This document shows positions 56,212-64,000 of a DNA stretch of 64,000 nt, one piece after another (position 1 is the stretch's first letter; each line of letters begins with the position of its first letter). Origin of the DNA: the human T2T-CHM13v2.0 reference genome, Homo sapiens; assembly GCF_009914755.1 (NCBI RefSeq), contig NC_060929.1, one strand, 5' to 3'. Under the pieces are notes generated by a model. That model was not told where the DNA came from. It ran no database searches and saw only the letters and a list, made by a program, of their open reading frames with translations. Position numbers and translations under genes: made by a program.

Positions 56212-57125
56212 TGTGTCTGATAACAAGTTATTACCTTGCATCTCCAAATCATCGTTGCCCTACCAGTGATACTAGAGTTGGATGTTGTGAGCTCGTCTCC
56301 TTTGCCAGCTAGCATGATAGTAAACTTTGGCAGTAGAGGGCACTGGAGGGTCACTTCAGGAGAAAGAAGCTTCTGTTCCTGGTTCTGGTGAATCTTCTTT
56401 GCTTCTACCTTCAGGGATGCTAAGTAGCTGTGAGGAACACCTTGTGGACTTTTAGCTGAATCTCACAGGAAGCTTCTGGTGAATCCCACAGACTCCAGCT
56501 GGCTTCCCAGTGGGTTCGACAGCACCCCTTATTGGAAGCTTTCTAGGAGTTTCTTTAACACCCAGGAGGCTGTTTTCTGTTTTCAGTCTCAGCCAGAAGC
56601 ATCTCAGAGATGAATTTACCCCTTAGTATCCAATCCTCTGTTACTAGTAATTGTTTTGAGCTTTACTGAGGCAAAATTGACAAATAAAAATTGTATTAAT
56701 TCAGGTGTATACCTTGATGGGTTTTCTTGTTTATTTTTTAGACAAAATCTCGCTCTGTCCCCCAAGCTGGAGTGCAGTGATACGATCACAGCTCACTGCA
56801 GCCTCAACCTCCTGGGCTCAAGCAATCCTCCAGCCTCAGCCTCTCAAGTACCTGGGATTATAGGCATGTGGCATCATGCCTGGCTAAGTTTTAAACATTT
56901 TTTTGTAGAGACAGCGTCTCACTATGTTGTTTAGGCTGGTCTTGAACTCCTGGGCTCAAGCAATCCTCCCACCTCAGCCATCCAAAGTTCTGGGATTATA
57001 CGTGTAAGCCACCATGGCTAGCCCCATCTTGATGTTTTGATGCATGCAAGTTAATTAACATATTCATCAACTCAAGTTAGTACTTCTTTATATTAAACTT
57101 TCCTGATTGTACCCTAACTGACATA
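56212..57125 (+). mobile_element. 3' LTR (LTR41-like) containing an L1MA fragment and an AluJ
   Basis: Starts TG right after the PPT; ends ..attaaac..ccctaactgacata; L1 3'-end piece ~56655-57075. Confidence 0.7.
56722..57022 (-). mobile_element. AluJ SINE
   Basis: cagcctcaacctcctgggctcaagcaatcctcc in both arms; flanked by cttgatg on each side. Confidence 0.9.
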
Positions 57126-58063
57126 CCAGGTTTAGCATATACTGCCCCCAGAACCTCTGTTTCCTCTTCAGTAGTAGAAGAGGCAAGATGAAAGAATTTG
57201 TCCCTTAATTTGGAGAAGATATCCTGGAATACCCCAGTCTACTGGGCCCCTAAAACTTTTACTGATGTGGTAGGACCATGAATCTTTGTAGGGTTTAATC
57301 TTCCACCCTCTGCCTAGTATGTACCTTACCAATTTCTCCAATATACTTAGCTCTTCTTGCTTATTTGGTCCAATTAATATGATGTCATCTATATAGTGAA
57401 CCATTGTATTATTCTGCAGAATTTCTAAATGGTTCAGGCCCAGGAACCTATTATAATAGACAGAAAAGTTAACATAGTTCTAGCAAGTCTAAATTTATAC
57501 TGTTACCCATCCTACCTGAATGTGACCCTCTGCTGATTTTCTTGATAGGAATAGAGAAGAATGCATTTGCTAGCCCACTGACTTCATAACATATACCCAA
57601 GCAGATTAATGCATACATGCCTTAATGTGCTCTATAAAGTTATTACTTTTGGCACAGTGTGTGCAATGGGGGTTAATACCTCTTTGAGTTTGTAATCCAC
57701 TGTTTTTCTCTAGGATCCATATGGTTTTTGTAGAGGCCAAACTTACATTTGTTAATTAAGTGGGAAAAGAATGGGGGCACCATTTCTGCATCCTTCAGTT
57801 TTAAAGCTGGCACTAGTTTCTGCTATGCCCCCCTCCACCGTCGAATGCAGCATTATTTTTGATTTACTGTCTTAGCCAGTTTCAGAAGCTTTAATTTGCT
57901 TTTCCTACTATAGCAGCTCTACCTCACAGGCCAAGGAACCAGTGGGAGGGTTCTCCCAACTACCAAGTATGCCTCTTATGCAGCCAGGGACTAGGAAAAT
58001 GTCCACTGGTTGGGTCTATGAACCAAGTGGATCCATTGAGAGCTAGGCCTGGGCCAATATTCC

Positions 58064-58131
58064 ATTTATTACCTGGCCTCCCTATATGCCCCACTCTATT
58101 TATTAGCTGGCCTCCCTATATGCCCCACTCT
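58064..58131 (+). repeat. 34-bp tandem duplication
   Basis: atttatta(c/g)ctggcctccctatatgccccactct x2, 33/34 identical. Confidence 0.95.
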
Positions 58132-58433
58132 AAAAACAGGTCCCTAGGTATCAGTGCCAACTCAGACCCTGTCTCCTACCATGTGTTAAATATCTGAGTA
58201 TTCCTCTTTTCTCAGCTCACTAGATTTAATGGTGATAGGTCCTTTTGAAGGACTATATACACTGGCTGTAGTGTTGCCCTGTCCTTTTTTCTGGACACTT
58301 GGCTCTGTGGATTTCTTTCTGAAAATTGGTTTGGGTCTGGAGACTAGGCAAGGGATACTTTAGTTTTTATTGGAACACTATGTCTCAATGGGTTTAAGTC
58401 TCCTTGATAGTCTTTTGATTGCATGGTGTAAGC

Positions 58434-58798
58434 CAGGGGTTGGCTTACACTACTTACTTACTCTGTAAAGGGCCATAAAAACTTACCTTGTGAGGGACCA
58501 TATAAAACATATTTTAGACTTTGTGGGAAATAAGGTCTCTGTCACAACTACTGAACTATTCCATTGTAGCATGAAACCAGTCATAGATAATACATTAATG
58601 AATAAGCATGGCTATGTTCCAATAAAACTTTATTTATGGTTACTAAATTTGAATCATATAATGTTCACATGTCATGAAATATTTTTGGGGATATTTTTCA
58701 GCCAATAAAAAATATAAGAACAATTCTTAGCTAGTAAGTTGTACAAAAACAGGTGGTGGCCTGGATTTGGCTTGGAAGCTATAGACTGCTGACCCCTG
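58434..58798. mobile_element. MER58B hAT-Charlie element
   Basis: TIRs caggggttggc..gctgacccctg; core catggctatgttccaataaaactttatttatgg; 8-bp TSD gtgtaagc 58426-58433 / gtttaagc 58799-58806. Confidence 0.92.
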
Positions 58799-59659
58799 GT
58801 TTAAGCAATGCCCTTGTTGGCTTCCCATTTATCTTGTTCCTGAGCATGCTTCATTCTTTGAACTCTTTCTATAGCTTTCTACAGGTCAGACACCCAGCTC
58901 CACTATGACTATAAAAACAATAATATAATTATGCTTTAATTCTAATAGTTAAGCACTGCCACTTGGATTTATTGTCAATATTCTATCATCCCCACTGCTA
59001 TTAGGAAATCCAGCATGTAATAGTGTTTCTTATTAGCCCTGGTCTACAAAGGACAATCACCACTGAGCTTCTCAATGAATCTGGTCCCCTGCTCACCAGT
59101 GTATTCCCCATTGTATTGTAAAACATAATATCCTCCATGCTTTCTATGTCCTGCCACAGAACATAGCTGCTGCTGGGTTTTCAGGCTTACATAATCTGTA
59201 CATCCTTGCATGGCTACTCTTTGGGCCTCTTGATCTCTGTCCTGTCACCATCTGCCATCACAGTTCTGGCATTTCTACTTCACTTTGTTTGAGCCATTGC
59301 TTTCTCCAGGCTTCTAGTGGCCATCCTAGTCTGTGTTGTCATCATTTCCTTGGACCTTTCCTACTCCTATTTCCTTGGACCTTTGCCAGGAGAGCACACC
59401 TATGAAAATAAACTTGCTTTTATCCAATTTTATGTTCTACTCTCCCTTACTAGCAATGCTAGGCCTCATTTCCACATACATTTCCTTGCTCCTGCTGGTA
59501 CTTGTTGGCTAGCATGTTGGTTATGATCCCTTAGTTCATGCCCATTTCACTCTGTTGCATATTAAATCACCAGATGTTATGATTCATAATTCCCTTATTC
59601 TGTCCAAGTCTCAGCTTTCCCATCTGTGAAATAAGGTAGATCCTCCGTGATATTTATTT

Positions 59660-60180
59660 GTAAATAAAAGAACTCTCCTTAACTACCTTTGGCAGGTAAT
59701 GAATTTATTAAAAGATGGAATCTCTACAAGAGGACGGAGCAGAGTCCCAGGCTTGGGGGCTATCCACCTGAGAAAAATGCCCAAATTATGCTGTCTCTCC
59801 CAGCGAGATCTTTTTGCTGTCACAATTGCTTGACACAGACATTAAATATAGCATCATGGATAATGTGTGCAGTGATTCCCATGGACCATTGTCTCTGCTG
59901 CCTCTGGGACTTGTCTGTTTTTTCCTCATACATCCCAGAAAGTAGATTCCACAGTATGTCTATTCTCACACATTGCTCCCTTCTGCATAGAAGTCCCAAG
60001 TGAGAGAGTCTGATTAAAGAAGCCTGGATCAAATGCCTGTGTTCTAGTTGCCAAGAAATCTGGAAAAAAGAAAATGATTCTCATTTCTACCTTTGGAAGG
60101 CAAGATTTGTAATGTGAGAAAGCCCCCAACATAGGTAGGCTGTTTAAGTGCTTCCAAGCAAGCACACACAAGGTGAAAGT
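59660..60180 (-). mobile_element. Ancient LTR fragment, family uncertain
   Basis: aatttattaaaaga (antisense AATAAA), agagtctgatt..agcctggatcaaatgcctgtgttctagttgc, cccccaacatagg resemble old MaLR/ERV LTRs. Confidence 0.4.
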
Positions 60181-60911
60181 ATACCAGAGAAGGAGAGCTA
60201 TGAACAATACAGGCCTGATACTCAGAGTAAGTAATCAAGATGATCTCTAAGCAGCCTCCCAGCTCTGACATTCATTGGTTCTATGATCCTAACAAAAACA
60301 TTGTTTTGTTTTTAAAGCACAGTGACGCATAACATAAAATTAATACATTTAAAAAATACTTTGCCATAATTTTGTAGATTTTGCTGTTTAATTCTGTCTA
60401 GTACCAAAATGCACACACACACACACACACAATCACATACACACATTTATATAAGTAGCTTGGGTTATCTGATTTTCAAGCTAAAGGATAAATCATCCCA
60501 TTTCCTACTCCTGAGAATAGAAAGTTACCATAAATGAAATTATTTAAATATTTTCACATATAAAGAAAAACAATTATAATCTCAATTATTTTCCTAGGCA
60601 TATTCTCAAAACCTCTTTGGCTACCTATTCAATCAAAGGATTTGAAGATGGTTCAAGGAATTTAAGTTTTAGGTTACTTTTTCATACATCAAGGTTGCTT
60701 GAATATCAGCTCAATATATCTGACCAGATACCTTTTGCCTCCTCACCAAGACACCTAAAGATTATAATTTATTTCCATAAGCAACATGCCTTCACTGGTA
60801 GCACAATTCTCAGTTGGGGAGGAGGCATGCCCACCAGTTGAAAATGATTATTTAAGCCCATCCTAGGTTTCTCATCATTTAGCAGCATGTTAGAGTGGAA
60901 ATTACATGCAC

Positions 60912-61130
60912 CTAGGGCAGACTGTTCGTTGCCTGCACAATATCCATTCTCCCTTTCTTCTTCCACTTTGATTCTGGCAGCAAAGTGCCCAGCCTCCTTT
61001 GTAGCTAAAGGTAGACAAAGCAAGTGGAAGTTATTGAGTGGAGCTCCTGAGAAGATGCCTTAAAAGATATTGACTCACCTGAGAGGTTCAGCCTTTTCAT
61101 ACCTTGCTCTTCTTTTTCCTTCTCTGTTTT
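60912..61130 (+). mobile_element. MLT1J-like LTR fragment
   Basis: ggcagactg..aatatccattctccctt..cccagcctcctttgtagcta..aagtggaagttattgagtggag. Confidence 0.5.
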
Positions 61131-61659
61131 TTTTTCCCGTTGTCTGTATTATTCACAGCCACTAATGGTGAATTACTGGACATCTGTGGTAGGCCAGTTA
61201 TGGAAGGATTTGGGTGGGGAGGATCCCTCAGCTTATAATTTTATAAAGCAGTGGGCTGTGTTCCAGCATCTTTCTGGAGAGTGAAATTCTGGGGTCCACT
61301 AGTGTCTAACCGTGCAGGGGGCTGGCTAAGAACCCTGACTCTACTGTTGCTTTTGTGTTCTTGGATAGGTTATTTAATCCTATGTGTCTCAGTTCCCTAA
61401 TTTGTGAAATGGGGATAAAATCTGTGCCTATATGAATAGGTTGTAATAGCTTTTGTTGCACACTCAATAAAAAGTTTCTTATTTGTGGAGCATTTCATCA
61501 TGAAGGTGAATTATTTTTCTCCTCTGCTGCTTTCTCCTTCATCTTTTTCTCCATTTAGTAAAAGAACAAATTTGGACCTAGTAGTAGTAGTAGCAACAGC
61601 AGCAGTGTCAAGGGGAGTAATCAGAACCATCATAATTACTTTCTCCAGCATTTTCACGA

Positions 61660-62478
61660 TACACAATGGGGCTGCCATAGTAGGATGCAGCTGATGTCAC
61701 CCTCAGAAAATAACCTGCTACAAGGACTGTAAGGCCCTGATGGCTCCCAGGTGCCATCCCTTGAGATCACACACAGCACTGGGGGCAGGCTGTTCCTGTC
61801 CCATGGGGGCCTTCTCTAAAGGCAGTCTGCATTCTGGGCTCTCTGTTAGTCCGGCTGAGACTTTCTCATTGCTGCCTGGCAGGATGAAGCTCTTTCTGTC
61901 CAAGTTTCCTTTCTGATCTCTCCCCTTTTACCGGTGTCAATCTGCATGGTGGTCCAAAGGCTCTCCTTGACTCTCCATGCCCCCTCTTTTCTGTACCCTT
62001 CTGTCTTGGTCCGCTGGGGCTGCCATAAACAAAGTACCACAGACTGAGTGGATTAAACAACAGTATTTTTCTGTTTTGGAGGCTGGAAGTCCCAGATCAG
62101 GGAGTTAGCAAGTAGGTTTCTTTGGAGGCCTCTCTCCTTGGCTTATAGATGGCCATCATCTCCCTATGTGTTTACTTGGTCTTCCTTCTGTGTGTGTCTG
62201 TGTCCAAATCTCCTCTTCTTGTAAGGGCACCAGCCAGATTGGATTAGGGCCCACCCATATAACCTCCTTTTAACTTAATTACCTCTTTAAGACGCTTCTT
62301 CAAATACAGTCACATTCTAAATGAGGTACTGAGGATTGGGACTTTGACATACGAATGGGGAAGGGGGTGAGGGGGTGGAACAATTCAGACCATAACATCT
62401 TCAAAGGCATTCACCCCAATAAAGCTCATGTGCTTCTCATTCTGTCGCGCACCCACTTCTTAGAGGACCTAAACTGAC
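61660..62478 (+). mobile_element. LTR16-family LTR split by MLT1A
   Basis: Right part ccccaataaagctcatgtgcttctcattctgtc..cttcttagaggacctaaactgaca; left part 61660-62001. Confidence 0.6.
62002..62397 (-). mobile_element. MLT1A/A0 solo LTR
   Basis: tgtcttggtccgctggggctgccataaacaaagtaccacagactg..aattcagaccataaca; TSD ccttc/tcttc. Confidence 0.9.
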
Positions 62479-62489
62479 AAACTCACAAA

Positions 62490-63250
62490 GATTATTTTAC
62501 TTAATCCTCTGAACAACCCCATTTTATAAGAAAGAGATAAAATGACTTCACCAAGCTACCATTACTAGTACAGATTGTGGCCAGAATCTACCTTCTCTCA
62601 GTCTAATGCAATCTTTTCTACATTTTTTCCAGAATAAACTTTATTTGTTTTATGTAATTTAGCAAAGAGGCAACATTTTCCCTCCAGGCCTTCTTGCATT
62701 AAATTGGCAATAGTACTGTATGTTTTGGTTTTTCCTTAAACTCAGATTTATTTATCATTTTCTTTACTGTAATAATTAGTAGTCTTTTTTATTTTAAATG
62801 AATAACATTTCTAGACTAATATAATGTAATACTACTGAAGGCTGGAATTTTATTTTATTCCTCATTGTTTTTCTACAAGTACAAGGTGCTTCTAGTAGAG
62901 CACCGTGTACAGAAGATATTCAATGAATATTGCCAAATTTAACAACCATTCTTTGTGCGTCTATTCTAGCCTGTATTTCCAGTGCCTAGCAGTACCTGAC
63001 ATATAGTAGTACTCAATATACATGTGTTAAATGAAAAATAAAAGTTAATATTTATTGAGAAATGACTGTGTGCTAGACATAGCATTTTGTCACTTAAAAC
63101 TTATAACAATTCATTAACAGAGAAATTATTATTATCTCAATTTTTCAGATGTGGCTTAGAAAAATTCTAGATCTTGCAAACACCACACAGCTAGTAAGTG
63201 ATGGAGCTAGAATATAAACCAAGGCTATCTAACAATAACTTCACACTGCA
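62490..63250. mobile_element. MIR and L2 tail fragments
   Basis: ttccagtgcctagcagtacctgacatatagtagtactcaata; cacacagctagtaagtgatggagctagaat. Confidence 0.65.
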
Positions 63251-63869
63251 GAGTATCTTTAGTTGGCCAAAAGGCTGTACCACTAAAAGGCTGCAGAAAG
63301 AAGGATAATTATCTTTCAAAAGTTTGAAACGACTCTTTGACCTATATTTTGCAGTTGCACAAAGTATCATGACTCATTAACGGTAGGAGTCCTGTTTTTG
63401 TTTTTGGAGGATTAGCTACAGTCATGTAAAGCATCCTTAAGCTAAAAGTAGCTTTTCAAGACTTCGGATGAAGAACTTTAGGGCAGAATTTAGAAGAAAC
63501 TAAGTTGACTTTTAGTTCTTACTTTGGCTTTTTGGTCATGAACCATTTGATCTGGAAGCTGATAGAAAATTAAAACTATAGTCAGATTGCAAGCTTTTCA
63601 TAAAGAGTTTCTTTTTCGTGAGCATTGTGGAATACAGATCTACCACAGTGTAAAGTGAGAGAGGAAATATTTTTCACTCAAAACATTTTTTTGAAGTTCT
63701 GACTGTAAAAAATACAGTATGGAGGTATCAGGATTACAAAAAGAGACCAATTACAGTGACTGCCTTCAAAAAGTTTAAGGTCTTGTATAAAAAAGTGACA
63801 TGTGTATTAAACATAATATATGAGCCAATGTTTTTTGAGTGCCCTCTATGTAATAGACATTGTGCTAGG

Positions 63870-64000
63870 CAGGGCATGATTAGAGAGAGGCAGGTAAGGT
63901 ACTCACCTTGGGTGCAAAGGTTAAGAGAATGCCAAAAATCTCAGTTTTCAAGAAAAATAATATTTTATATAATGTTTTTAAAAATCATATAAATGCAAGC
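63870..64000 (+). mobile_element. MER96B-like hAT-Tip100 element, cut by window edge
   Basis: cagggcatgattagagagaggcaggtaaggtactcaccttgggtgcaaa..gccaaaaatctcag..tcaagaaaaataatatttta. Confidence 0.7.

Larger units (their letters stand above)
57126..59590 (-). pseudogene. ERV-L internal region (gag-pro-RT 5' part), continuation of 48863-51812
   Basis: ORF 57168..57404 VHYIDDIILIGP..RGWKI (RT); protease ETGSELALIP (~58145-58175); FWGQYMLNL at the junction. Confidence 0.85.

Noticed and set aside
63345-63390. Possible micro-exon (ttttgcag|..cg|gtagga)
   Set aside because: Weak pyrimidine tract and donor, with no coding or other support.

Overview
Primate (most likely human/great ape) non-coding genomic DNA, intronic or intergenic, built mostly of nested transposable elements. 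I see no host protein-coding exon, RNA gene, CpG island or CRISPR-like array; almost every ORF in the track is a LINE-1 or ERV remnant or a chance frame. Main landmarks: (1) a young 5'-truncated L1PA2/PA3 (12910-17417, 17-bp TSD, broken ORF2, 24-nt 3' transduction); (2) a MADE1 (26953-27032) and a full-length dead HSMAR1 mariner (29287-30580) 2.3 kb apart; (3) an apparently full-length old L1M (~30935-40862, minus) interrupted by a complete non-coding ERV1 mini-provirus (33288-36069; ATAG TSD, tRNA-Pro PBS, PPT), two AluJ and a THE1 LTR; (4) a HAL1 (~41560-44150); (5) a second short L1PA with a 16-nt 3' transduction (47118-47264); (6) an ERV-L provirus (51813-57125, +) inserted inside the RT region of an older ERV-L (48600-59600, -). 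The best non-repeat signal is a candidate non-coding exon at 21341-21541. I found no convincing undescribed biological system; the findings are locus-level evolutionary and regulatory observations. Subfamily names come from recalled consensus sequences, not a database search, and boundaries of old repeats are approximate.
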